Origin: Minutocellus sp. GHC0000111
Taxonomy: Eukaryota
Reading direction: 5' to 3'
DNA length: 64,000 nt
Assembly (NCBI GenBank): GCA_977018835.1
Contig: OZ361256.1
Span: 6,510,001-6,574,000 of the forward strand
Shown: positions 11,191 through 22,210 of the stretch, piece after piece
How the letters are laid out: each line of letters opens with the position of its first letter
Numbering within the stretch: position 1 is the first letter of the stretch
Translations under genes and position numbers: made by a program
Notes under the pieces: generated by a model
Database searches by the model: none
Told to the model about the DNA's origin: nothing
The model's input: only the letters and a program-made list of their open reading frames with translations

Positions 11191-13106
11191 ATGTCTCAAG
11201 TGTATGCCACCGAACCGCAAACCGGGTGATACTCGAAACGTCGCACGGGCCTCTTGACGTCAACTTATGGTGCAAAGAATGCCCGACCACCACCCGGATG
11301 TTCCTTCAACTTTGCTTGGACGGTTACTATGATTCGGTCGTCTTCCACCGGATTATGGAAAACTTCCTCATCCAGGCTGGGCAGGTCAAGTTCGCCAGTG
11401 ATGGGGGTGGCAGGAATGGGGGCGGGGCCACGAGGGATATTGCATCGGGCGCAGACATGAAACAGTATCTCCTCAATCAGGCGTCGTCGGCCGACGCTGC
11501 AGCTGGTGCAGATGATAGTCAGAGCAGCCGACGCAAGCTGGAGGTATCTCCACGCATTCGTTTCAATCATCGCGGTCAAGTAGCTATGGCGCTCCCTCTG
11601 GATGAAGACGTGGAGGGAAATACCAGCGCCGACGCTTTGCGGAGCCAATTTTTTATCACTCTTGACGAGAGCTCTTTTTTGGATGGTAAGCACGTCATCT
11701 TTGGCACCATCACAGGACCTACGGTGTTCAATGCCATCCGCATTGGCAAGGTAGCAGTCGAGGACGATACGTCTCGACCTGTTGACATGGACTTGAGCCC
11801 TCCGGTCATTAAGAAAGTGAAGATCGATCATCATCCATTCCATGACTTGGTACCCACACCAGACGAAAAGGTACCCTGGAAACGTGGCGATGGAGCCAAA
11901 AGCGAGAAAGACGGCCCTGGCGAAGCAGGAGGGGAATCTCAGGTTCAGAAGCGTCGGAAGAAACGCAAGGGAAAGCGCGACCTAAACGTTCTGAGCTTTG
12001 GACAGGAAATGGAGGATGATACTGGTGACGGAGGATTCGGCGGTACAGGCATCGGCACCAGTGGTGGGGGCGGCATGAGAAGCAGCCATGACGTGCTGGC
12101 GAATGAAAGCAGGTTCCTTTCATCTTCCATTGACGAAGGTATGAAGGAAGCGGCTGCCGATGATCGTGATCGGTGGAGGTCCAAAAAGAAGAGACGTAAA
12201 GAGGAACGCCGTAGTGATGTTGGGAGTATTCCCGAGGCAGAGGTGGCTCTCGGTGGGATTGCGAAGAGTGATGTGAAGGTCGCAGCACAGGAAACGGATT
12301 ATGGGGATTATCACCAATCAAGGAGAGAAGAGGACACTGGAAACAATACTCGTTCCAAAGATACACGTAAAGAAAAGGACCCCAAGAGGAGATCTAGCGA
12401 AGAGGATGTCGTCAGTGCTGTTGAGGCTCGGCGGGCGAAATATCTCAAGGGTGGTGCATCTCGTCGCTCCGGTGGCAAGGACATATCGAGAGACGAGGAG
12501 GATACGCTCAAGAAATTGAGCCTATTTAGAAGCAAAATGTTGCAGAGCAAAGGCAAGTCGAATGAGGCCAGTAGCAATTCGCCAAATGGTATCGATGTGA
12601 GTGGCAACGACAATTCCTTAGCAGCAAGAATGGCCAAAAGACGCATTAAGGAGCTTCAAGAAAGCAGAGAGAGAGAGGAGTCCATGGCACCGACTTATCA
12701 TGGGCAGGTACTTGAGGACGACGATGACGATGATGACAGTGGCATCGATGCATCTGCTGATGGCTGGATGAAAACAAAATTCAAGTGTCGCAAGCACATC
12801 GATCATGGTGCAAAGGTCAATGAGGCTGGAGACGGTCAAAAGGCTGGAGATGGCCGCAGGATCGACGACTACGAGGTTTTGGATGGCAAAACTGACAGGA
12901 ACAATGGCGACAGGCACTCGGGAGAGAAACCTCGGGGCAAGCATCACCGAGGCGGCGGCCATAAAAGACGTGGTGGTGGTGGTGGTGAACATGATGGGCG
13001 GCATATGCCCCACAGGAAAGACCAACATCATAATCGCCATCATCATGATGATCGAGGCAACGGCAGTGGCGGACACGGTGGACACCGTAGCAGGTACTAC
13101 CGGTAG
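11191..13106 (+). CDS. CWC27: Spliceosome-associated cyclophilin CWC27, with an N-terminal frameshift
   Basis: Typical N-terminus MSQVYATEPQT from ATG 11191 stops at TGA 11227; the cyclophilin body 'RVILETSHGPLDVNLWCKECP...FHRIMENFLIQ...RIRFNHRGQVAMA...SQFFITL', then 'LNVLSFG', 'MRSSHDVL', 'GWMKTKF' continues in the -1 frame; an upstream in-frame ATG exists at 11118. Confidence 0.85.
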
Positions 13107-13127
13107 AAATTTCTAGTAAACATTTTA

Positions 13128-13490
13128 TAGAGTAATTCTCATAAGTTGCGCACCCCTACATGTATTATAATTCACCCTCTACTAACTACACGGCGTTATA
13201 AATATGGGGGTAATTGGTAGCTGCTACTACGCTACTACTAGCTTTCACCGCGTAAAAATGGGTTGCGCAAGCACTTATGAGCATGAATTAAAATTCCACC
13301 CGATACCCTTGATTCAGTTTTTCCTGGATATCTCAACTTCCCGATAAACTTTTTCGACCGGACCAAGTTTTCTCTGACACAGCATGACGAAATCTGTCCA
13401 AATCCGGCCTCAAAAGGGGCACCCCAAAAGATTGAGGCCTGTGTTAATTTTACTTTTGCTTTAGTTGCGCAACTTATGAGAATTACTCTA
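13128..13490. mobile_element. MITE, TA-GAGTAATTC...GAATTACTC-TA
   Basis: Perfect 25-nt inverted repeat TAGAGTAATTCTCATAAGTTGCGCA, including the flanking TA; a partial internal copy of the TIR lies at ~13263-13281. Confidence 0.8.
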
Positions 13491-13532
13491 CGTCTACGTA
13501 GAAAATCGTTATACATGTGTATGTTGCAATGT

Positions 13533-13752
13533 AGGGTCGTCTGACCTGTCAGATTGGCCGGCCAATCTCCAAAAAGAAACCAAATAACTTTTGATGTGGA
13601 GGCCCCACAGAAAAATCAAAAACACATTACTAACTTACTTTTTTGTGAGGAATGTCGCTGTGGTCTTGTTTTTGATTAAAATTAATTTTTTTTTAAATTG
13701 TTCTGCATGATCTTCTTAATTGGCCGGCCAATCTGACGAGTCAGACGACCCT
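13533..13752. mobile_element. MITE-like element with 34-nt TIRs
   Basis: AGGGTCGTCTGACctGTCAGATTGGCCGGCCAAT at both ends in inverted orientation (2 mismatches); AT-rich interior; no clear TSD. Confidence 0.75.
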
Positions 13753-14249
13753 CCTGGCGTCTGTGCAGGTGCATGTAGATTCTACGGTAATCGCGCATAG
13801 GCCTAGTTAGTTAGTTGAGACTCTACACGTATGGCTAGCTGCATTTAGATGTACCGGTACTACTGGTAGCTAGCTAGGGTGTCTAGTAGATGTGAGATCT
13901 GCATGCACCTAGTAGTAGGTACCGGTGCCAACAACAGCAAGCAAGCAAAGTGCTGGCGGAGCAAACCTCGCCGAAGCAGCGAGCAAGCCGTGCTTTGGTA
14001 AAATGTCGCGATGGACATGAAATGATGTGGACGCACAAGACGGCTCCACAAGGCGCATTTTGTCCCTCTGCTCGCCACACAAGCGGCGGTGTCAACCACC
14101 TCTTCAATGCGTACCTAGGTACCTAGGCCTAGGTAAGGATCGCTCGGCCAGCGCATCGCCCATCATGCGCCCCTCTCGAGGCATGTGTGCATGGTGCGTA
14201 TGCAGACTGCTTTCTCACAGACCGCTGGAAAAAGCACAAATCAACAACA

Positions 14250-14795
14250 ATGCCAAGGATTCTGAGCCGAACACCATCGATGGTGCAAGCGCAGCGGAGG
14301 CGCAAATCCACTGCCTCCTACCCTTCGGCCCCATCCTTGAGAAGAGTAGGCCTCCAGCAGCAGCATCAGGAGGCACAGTCGCCAAAGATAGCCCCCCACC
14401 AACGAAATGAGACCAAATTCTTCTCCACTGCCTCTCTCAGTGTGAGTGAACTAAGACAATGCGAGAATTCAAGGCCGGAACGGTATTCCCCCTTGGGCTC
14501 TGATTCGATCCAGGCCTCCCAACCATCACTCGTCGAATCATTGGTCTCGTCTCGATCCAGCAGCTGCGCTACCTTCCTCGGCAACAGCCCTCAGTCGTCA
14601 ACGGTTTCCGATCAAATCGTGAGTAATCCTCGGAAATCCTTTAAAAAACAGTCATCGATGCCCATCAAACTTCAATCGAGCACATCGTCGTCATCGGACT
14701 GCTCCTCTTGGGGTCTCTTTGTGGACGTGGAGGAAAAGCACGCTGATCTTGAACGACGGCTCTCCGCCAGTCTTCCAACCAAGATTCGTTCGTAG
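14250..14795 (+). CDS. Ser-rich hypothetical protein
   Basis: ATG in 'tcaacaacaATG' context; low-complexity body; C-terminal 'SSWGLFVDVEE'. Confidence 0.55.
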   Translation: MPRILSRTPSMVQAQRRRKSTASYPSAPSLRRVGLQQQHQEAQSPKIAPHQRNETKFFSTASLSVSELRQCENSRPERYSPLGSDSIQASQPSLVESLVSSRSSSCATFLGNSPQSSTVSDQIVSNPRKSFKKQSSMPIKLQSSTSSSSDCSSWGLFVDVEEKHADLERRLSASLPTKIRS

Positions 14796-15529
14796 GCACC
14801 GGTATATCACATGCAAGTCTGTTCACTACGCTATTTTCATTCATATTACGCTATTGCTATCTGTACTACTCTGCTGCTAGCGCTACAATGCACATAGATT
14901 TAATTTCATCAAACGCTACTTTCATAACCATTTAGATGCCAAAATTGTAATACGGTATGAGCTCGGTATTCCACATGTACGGTACCATAATCTTTGTTTT
15001 GTAGCGTTTTGTTGTGAAAAGAATGGGATTGATTGATTGCATTTCAGGCATTGGGTGGGGGGCAATGCATCGAATTCTCGTGAGAAGCTTGAGATCTACT
15101 TGCACGCAGAGCTCATTCTCGTTGGGTTGAATGAAATGGACGGTTGCCGTTTTTGCCATGGGGCAAAACCTCGCCCAGAGCAAATTCTGCAGATATATAT
15201 TCTTAGGCCTTCGAGAAGCGCTTGGATGAACGTAGATGAGCATGAAAAGTATGGATCTACATGAAGAATAGAATGGCATGCCGCGAGCGAATTGAGTCTG
15301 CGCCTATTTTTCAGCAGTTACTGTTGGTGTATCAAAAGCACTTTCTAGTAAAGGAATTATGTAATAGTTCTATGTGTATGTGAAAGCCCATGTTGAAAAG
15401 TGCGAAAGTATGTTGTATGTACAGGTACCGGTACGTGCCCCTATCTAATCTATCGACTCTATCTATATCTATGATTCATGAATGCCGCATAGAAAAGGAA
15501 AGCAGTAAATTTGTGCAGACTGGTTTGGT

Positions 15530-16426
15530 CTAAAACTCAAGGGCCTGCTCGCCGTCTTGATGATGTTGGTCGAGCTCGGTGAACTGGCCCCATGCCATGG
15601 GTGTTACAGTGCGGAGGGTAGATTGATCTTCTTTTGATTCCGCTTCGTCCGATGAGATGGAAGGGCTCGAGGAGAGGGAGGAGCTACTGATGCGATGGAA
15701 GGGAAGCATCTCGTCCTGAGTGGACTGTTCGGCGTGCTCGTTCAGGTAGTTCAGGTTCGACCAGCGACTTGGACTCTTCTTGAGGTTTGAACGGATGACC
15801 TTGGAGGAGGGATACGGATCAGCAGATGACGAGCTGCGATTGTACTCCTCCTCGAGATTGGTCATAGAGCTGCGCTTCCTGGAGAAGGACTTGCTCTTTT
15901 TGAGGCTTGTGCTGGGAAACGTTGTGCTTGTGCGAGTACCGGTCCTTGTAGCGGAAGAAGTACTAGTAGTAATGGTAGATAAATCATTGAGGGGAAGGAA
16001 GTTGTCGAAAACAAAAGGATCTTTCGTTTGATGCTCGATGGATACTCTCCTCGGTGCTTTCGTTGGTGACCTGTTGAAGTTGCTGAGGATGCATTCGTTG
16101 GAAGGAATTTTGGCCACATCGTGGACTCCCTGTTCTTTGCCAAGATGAAGGGCAATCTGTTTCGTGGCAGCAAAGGCAGTGGATGCGGGCCCACCTCGCA
16201 CAGGAGACGATAGGAGTAGAGACGACGAAGGTTCTGCCGCAAGTGTTGGCGACATCTCGACCTTTTCGTGCAAGGCAGAGGTTGGAATTGTGTGCGGGTG
16301 AAGGTTGGCTTCGGAAGTTCCGGTATGGGCAAAGAAGAGGGTCTTCTCGGCACTTCTTTCGGCGGCCTTCATGTTGAAACTATGGCAGATGGACGATGCG
16401 ACTCCTCTACCGACCAGCTTGGGCAT
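15530..16426 (-). CDS. Ser/Thr-rich hypothetical protein
   Basis: ~300 aa ORF; low complexity; C-terminal 'AWGQFTELD'. Confidence 0.6.
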   Translation of the reverse strand: MPKLVGRGVASSICHSFNMKAAERSAEKTLFFAHTGTSEANLHPHTIPTSALHEKVEMSPTLAAEPSSSLLLSSPVRGGPASTAFAATKQIALHLGKEQGVHDVAKIPSNECILSNFNRSPTKAPRRVSIEHQTKDPFVFDNFLPLNDLSTITTSTSSATRTGTRTSTTFPSTSLKKSKSFSRKRSSMTNLEEEYNRSSSSADPYPSSKVIRSNLKKSPSRWSNLNYLNEHAEQSTQDEMLPFHRISSSSLSSSPSISSDEAESKEDQSTLRTVTPMAWGQFTELDQHHQDGEQALEF

Positions 16427-18341
16427 ACTATCTAGTATCGGCAACTAACTACAGCGAGAGCGAAATAAGGTTGGGGGGTGAGCCAGAAGTGAAGTGTGAA
16501 TGGTCTCGGTACCGCTCAAGGTCTTTTCTGCTGAGATGTGTGGCTTCATGGAGGCTCTGCGGTAACAGCGTGCTCACTTCTTGTTCTTCGGCGGGGGCCG
16601 ATCTTCGGTGTTGAGGAAGGCACATTCTCTGTCGCTAACGTGGCGTGCAGATTGCGAAAAAAAGAATATACGGAAAGGAAAGTGAAAAATGACGCCAGAC
16701 ATTTTTATGCGTCAGTTTTTAATGCGCCACGTCAGTGAAGGGCCTGTCTGCAGTATGCAGTACACAGAAAAGGAGAACGCGTCAGCAAAATTTGGCGGCA
16801 TTCAATTCCACCTGTAGCTGTGTCGGCCCCCGGCATCCGAATGAATTTTGCCGAGTCAGATGCCTTGCACAGATAGATGGACAGGCTTTGTTCCCCCACA
16901 CAAAAATGTGTACACGTAGGGGCGAGAAGGAGAGCGCCATTGATGACAAAAATGCGATTCGAATTTTCCCACGTGGCCTTCAGAGAATCCACGTACGAAT
17001 TCGAATTCTCATTTCCGACGCCAGGGAATTCCTGCACAAAGGTTGTTATTTGCGTGTGCTGCCGCTGCTGATTGATTGATTGGTGCTGCTGCTGGTGCTG
17101 CTGATCTGCTGATCGGTGCTGCTGCTACATGCTACCGGTAAAGCACTGCATTCGACGACGGCAATCCGTTTCGCATACACATGCGTAGAGCTGGTCTTGA
17201 GTGGGAGCAGACAGCCAAGCTACTCATTTCTCGTCGGTCGATCGCATCTGTACATCAGATAGAGGTGCACTCCAGGTCTGTACCGGTAGCAGCCTACAGC
17301 AGGTTGGACTGTGCGCAGCAGACAGAGGGTGTTATTAATAATGCAGGTCGTGGGTCCAGGTTTTCTGTGTACTTAGGTGCCGGTGTCACATCAACAATCA
17401 GCCTTTGGGAATGATAAAACAAAGACATTTTGCATTGAGAGACAAATTCAAAGGTTTTATCTTCACATGCATTTGCTTCGAGATGATGCATGGTGGTTAA
17501 AGAGACGAAATCAATGTAATGGTCGTCCTTGCTACTACATGTAGCTACTACATGTATGTAGCTAGATAAAGGTACACTGTAGATCTACTCGGGAAACAGC
17601 ATGACCCAAGAGGCGAGCGTTGCTGGGTCATTCTGAGAGGGGGGGGGATACATGTACCGGTAGATCCATTGATAGATTCTTTTTGTCTTGCTTTTGTTAG
17701 TAACAAAATACCGGTAGTAATTTCTTGTCCAATTCTGCAGCTACCGGTGACACAAGACCTACGCCATTTGTATCACTACTGTACCGAACATGTGACATTT
17801 GTGTAGCATGTCGATACAAAGGTAGGCATTATACATGTACGTATGTGTCTAGGTAGATCTACCCAGCACTGGCCGCTTGCTTGTGAATTCGTTGGCACTG
17901 TGTTTTTAGACACAGCAACGGTGGGTCTACACGCTCACTCATGCGCAAAAAAGAAATTGTGTCACATACCGGTACGTGTAAATGTGCATGTTCAAGGTAC
18001 CGTTATGCATGCTCGCCTTGTCATAGGAATTACTAGTAGGGCTATTGCAAAAATGAATTCCGGAGGCCTCCACAATATATATGGTCCCCCCCGCAAGTCG
18101 GGGAAAACATGTTGTGCACAACCGTAGGAATTCCTACCTATTTAATTTGGGTTGGTTTGTCGTGAGTCAAGAGTGCCATTCGACCAAAGCCCTTTCTATT
18201 GTCGAATCGAGGAACACAACAATTTGACTCGATTGGGTTTAGTCGTTCCACAGTAGTAGCGGTTTTGCAAAAAATAAATGGATCACCACACACTCACATC
18301 ATGAACTTTCCTGCACTCTAGCTGACCAAACAGCAATCAGT

Positions 18342-18369
18342 TGTGTGTGTGTGTGTGTGCGTGTGTGTA
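18342..18369. repeat. (GT)n microsatellite; 8 bp longer in units 2 and 3
   Basis: gtgtgtgt...gcgtgtgtgta; the unit offset changes from 14733 to 14741 across it. Confidence 0.85.
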
Positions 18370-18778
18370 TTACAAATCAGCAAAATATATTACAAATCAG
18401 CAACGAATGCCGCTAGCTAGTAGGAGTTAGATCTACGGTAGGTGATCGATGTAGATACATGTATATATATATTACAAATCAGCAAAGAATGTCATTAGTA
18501 GGCGAGTTAGGTGATCGTTGGAACGAATCCTAACAGTCAAATCCCAGCGAACTACGTATATATTAAGAATCTATATCCATGTATCTGCCAGAAACTGCCA
18601 TACAAGTTTTTCTGCTGATGATTGCATTCATAATTAGCGCCGTGTCAATTCTCTCTTTGCTGATAGGCTTTTCTTTCATCAAAGCAGACAATCAAGACCT
18701 CCTACATTTTACATTCCCTCCATTTCATCTCACAACAACCCGAAATCCAAGATGTGCCCATCCTCCCAATCCTTCTGA

Positions 18779-19240
18779 TTAACGTTTGCGGAACGTAATG
18801 CGGCCACGAGTCAAATCGTACGGACTCAATTCGATGGTCACACTGTCTCCAACGAGGATCTTCACAAAGTTCTTCCTAATCTTGCCGCTAATGGTTGCCA
18901 GCACCGGTTCCTGTGTCTCGGGAGCACCATCGATTGCGCAGCGGAACATGGCGTTGGGGAGACTCTCAATGACGGTTCCCTCAACCTCAATGACGTCGTC
19001 CTTCTTCTTCCTGACACGCTCGGTCTTATTCTTTCGTTCATTTCCCTGGGCCCGGGCAGCCTTCTTCCCGAATAAGGCCGTCTTTGATCGACCAGCGGCG
19101 GTGGTGGTACTGAAGGTGGTCGAGGCACCAGGCCGAACCGAATTTCTATGAACACCCACATTTCTCGGTGTGGAAAAGGCCTCGCCACAACCGACCAGGG
19201 CTAATACCAGTGTTATACAGAGCAAGATGAATGATCGCAT
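18779..19240 (-). CDS. infA: Plastid-targeted translation initiation factor IF-1, copy 1
   Basis: Signal peptide [22 protein letters not shown]; '[22 protein letters not shown]...[35 protein letters not shown]'. Confidence 0.95.
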   Translation of the reverse strand: MRSFILLCITLVLALVGCGEAFSTPRNVGVHRNSVRPGASTTFSTTTAAGRSKTALFGKKAARAQGNERKNKTERVRKKKDDVIEVEGTVIESLPNAMFRCAIDGAPETQEPVLATISGKIRKNFVKILVGDSVTIELSPYDLTRGRITFRKR

Positions 19241-19539
19241 GGCTATGGCTGGTCTGATTTCTCCTTCTGCTGTTTGTTTATTCAATTCAACGACAACTTG
19301 CTTCGTCGTTCTTTTGCTCGGCTTTGGCAATTGGCAGTGACGTTTGAAGCGGTTGGCGGCCAGACATAGATTGAGTGGACAGAAAGACGATGCCTTGGAG
19401 AGTGGATAATGATTACATGTGCTACTACCGGCGACCGGTAGGCCTACCTACTGTACCGGTAATAATTGATGACAAGGAAAAAAGCAGCACTTCTTCTCGG
19501 CTTCAAAGCTGCTGAACTGAATCTAGATCTAACACGATA

Positions 19540-20400
19540 TTATGAACGTTCTAGTTGGCTTGAGAGAGAATCAATCGCCATGTCTGTATCAGAATCAGAA
19601 GCAGGACCGCCGCCTTCACTTTGACTGGCAGTTCGAACATGCAAGAAATCACAGCGGTCTCCCCTTTCACAGCCCCCGTCCATCAAGTGAAACTTGCATG
19701 GAATGAGCGCTCTTGCCTTCTTTTGTCTTGCTTTTCTTGCTTTCTTCCTCTCCAATTGCCTTTGCTTACGCTCATCATAAGATTCATCGGCTTTTGTATC
19801 GACTGTACCTGGCTCGGATGTGTCGATCTTGGAGAATCTTTTACCACCTTTCCCGCGTCGGCCGCTCCTTGTCGCCCCTTGCCGACGACCTTTGCCATTA
19901 CAAAAATTGTTCCCTTTTGCCGTATTCCCTCGGGGATGAAATCGAAACCAACGAGGAAAGAGATGAACGTCCATCAGATGCTGATGCCTAGCTCTCTCAC
20001 ATTCGAAAGACGATTTACATGCTGCAATCATGCAGCTGTACTTCGCCTTTTTCCGCTCCAATGCAGATGCAAAGTACGAATCATGAGCCTCACTTATATG
20101 CAAATCGAGCAAATGGTCGTTCGGCAATACGGCGCGGCATTGTCTACACTCCCGAGTGTGCGTATTGAAGTAGTGTGAGTCGCATTCTTCCAATGATTCA
20201 AACACCTGATGACAACCAAGAGCGGAACAAGGGTACGTTCTCCGCAACATTGTTTCCAACGCAAAGGCTTCTTCGTGCTCCAGTGTATAGAAAAATACTT
20301 GAGTTAAGGTATCGCGCAGGGCAATCTCATTTCCCGCTGCAAAAAAAGGGTCATCAGGTCTGAGGCGACGCCTTTTCGCTGTTGCCATCGTCCCGACCAT
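19540..20400 (-). CDS. ZNF511-like C2H2 zinc-finger protein with a C-terminal CCCH finger, copy 1
   Basis: 'RRLRPDDPFFAAG', 'CSALGC...HYFNTH', 'CRQC...LLDLHISEAHDSYF', 'HLMDVHLFP', 'CKFHLMDGGCERGDRCDFLH'; start at 20400 or 20388. Confidence 0.8.
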   Translation of the reverse strand: MVGTMATAKRRRLRPDDPFFAAGNEIALRDTLTQVFFYTLEHEEAFALETMLRRTYPCSALGCHQVFESLEECDSHYFNTHTRECRQCRAVLPNDHLLDLHISEAHDSYFASALERKKAKYSCMIAACKSSFECERARHQHLMDVHLFPRWFRFHPRGNTAKGNNFCNGKGRRQGATRSGRRGKGGKRFSKIDTSEPGTVDTKADESYDERKQRQLERKKARKARQKKARALIPCKFHLMDGGCERGDRCDFLHVRTASQSEGGGPASDSDTDMAIDSLSSQLERS

Positions 20401-21467
20401 TTCACCTGCGAAAGAATAAGTGGCAAGAATAGATGAAATAAGTAACATTGATGGCGCAATCATTGCAAAATTCCTGCCTGGGTCTCGCTGTGTATTCATA
20501 GTGCAAAAATTCCTCAGAGAGAAGATATGTGTTTGGCATTGTGCGTCGAAGTGTAATTATCCAATCCAGCGGAGAGTGGGTCGAGAGACTGCCGACCAGT
20601 AGAGCAGGAAAGGTGGTTCATTCGCAGTAGCGAGAGAAAGCGTGAAAGTCGCCTTCCAAGCCCCACATCGCCACACAACCCAGGAAAGCAGCATCTCTTC
20701 CCCCCAGCCCTGGAAGGGATCCCCGAACACCCTTCAAATCCCTGTGCAAGAATCTTCCTTTCTTCATCGGAATCGAATGAATCATCGAATCGATCGGTAT
20801 TGCCGATAGGTGGTCTTGTATGAGCAACGTACCAGTATGCAAGTATGCACCTTGTGCTATGCAACCGTGCCTCACTCGCCGCTGATTCGATTTTATGATA
20901 TGCTGCGAAAAGCAATAAGATCAGCAGCAGCCGTAGCGATTTGCAGAAAGGCTGGAGAGAGAATATTGACCCACAACTGCCTACAAATTCCAAAACAAAA
21001 TCAAGATGCATTAAGATATTTCTGGGTAGAAACGATCTATTCGATGTGGACATGCTGCAATCAGCGCCAGATATACTGCGACTGCAAGAAGGGAGAATAT
21101 CCAGATTTGCCAAGGGCCGACTTTGACATGCTGCGACTGCAGCAAGAAGCGAGAAGCAATATCTGATAACAACATAATTTTATGAAATATACTATCGGCA
21201 TTCTTTGCTGATTTGTAATATATAATCTTGATACTACATGTACTTTTTAAAACATTGAATGAATTGTACATGTGTCTGTGTAAGAGCACATTTGAGCATT
21301 CGTTTCCTGATTCATTTCCTACGTGTACTACGTACCAAACATGGTTTGGATGTTCGGCGCTTCAGAAAGGTTCTCCCCCCTTCTTTTGGGAGTTTGATCG
21401 AAAAACCGCCCACCCCGCCCCACCGGCAACATTGGAACTCGGTTTGGTGGGATACATGTGTGCATCG

Positions 21468-21624
21468 GGATCGTGTCAGTTTGCGCATCCCCATTCTGGT
21501 TCCGATGATCTTTGAGCTTCTTCTTTTTCCGTAGCTTGTGTACCCTCGGATCGTGTCAGTTTGCGCATCCCAATTAATTCTGGTTCCGATGATCCTTGAG
21601 CTTCTTCTTTTTCCGTAGCTTGTG
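21468..21624. repeat. Direct tandem repeat, two ~75-80 bp units (also at +14741 and +29482)
   Basis: ggatcgtgtcagtttgcgcatccc...ttgagcttcttctttttccgtagcttgtg occurs twice. Confidence 0.85.
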
Positions 21625-22210
21625 CATCCTCACCGTCATTCTTCGGTGCAGCAGACGGGTCTGGCCGCAGACCCACTGCTGCTGCCAATTCGGCAATCGT
21701 CGGCGCACCGGGCTTGTGCAGTCTCTCTTCCTTGTTTTGGCCCTGAGAATGTTCTCTTCCTCATCGCTATCATGGTCACTGCACTCTCCTCGTTCCCACC
21801 GCTCTTGCCTCTCCATGTCCTCCATGCGAATTCCGAATTCCATCTTGACATGACGGAACTCTTTTCATCCTCCCTCAGCGTGGCCATGGCCCACTCCACA
21901 CCCGGGCCGGATCGGGCGCTGGAGTACCAGCTGCTGCTGCAGCCGCCTTCGCCGCTGCCTGTTACAGATCGGCGACATGATTTGTCTTTTATCGAGGCGA
22001 GGGCAGAGGCAGAAACCAGGGTAGATGGGGTTTTCCGGGCAGATTGGTTACGAGCACAATCTGCACGGAAATGTTTCCTGGCAGATGGGGGGCAAATCTG
22101 CGCAGATTTAGAACAGGGGGTAAAATCAGGGCAGATTGAGATGGGGCGAAAATTCAGGGCAGATTTTTTTCCACCACGCCACCACAAATCCCACCAGTTC
22201 AAGCAGTACG

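Noticed and set aside
10778..13490. Academ-type assignment of TAG...CTA elements
   Set aside because: No 3-4-bp duplication outside TAG/CTA at any example; TA as the TSD fits better.
20514..21290. ORFs of 85-199 aa on both strands
   Set aside because: No recognisable motifs; overlapping frames; cannot be supported as a gene.
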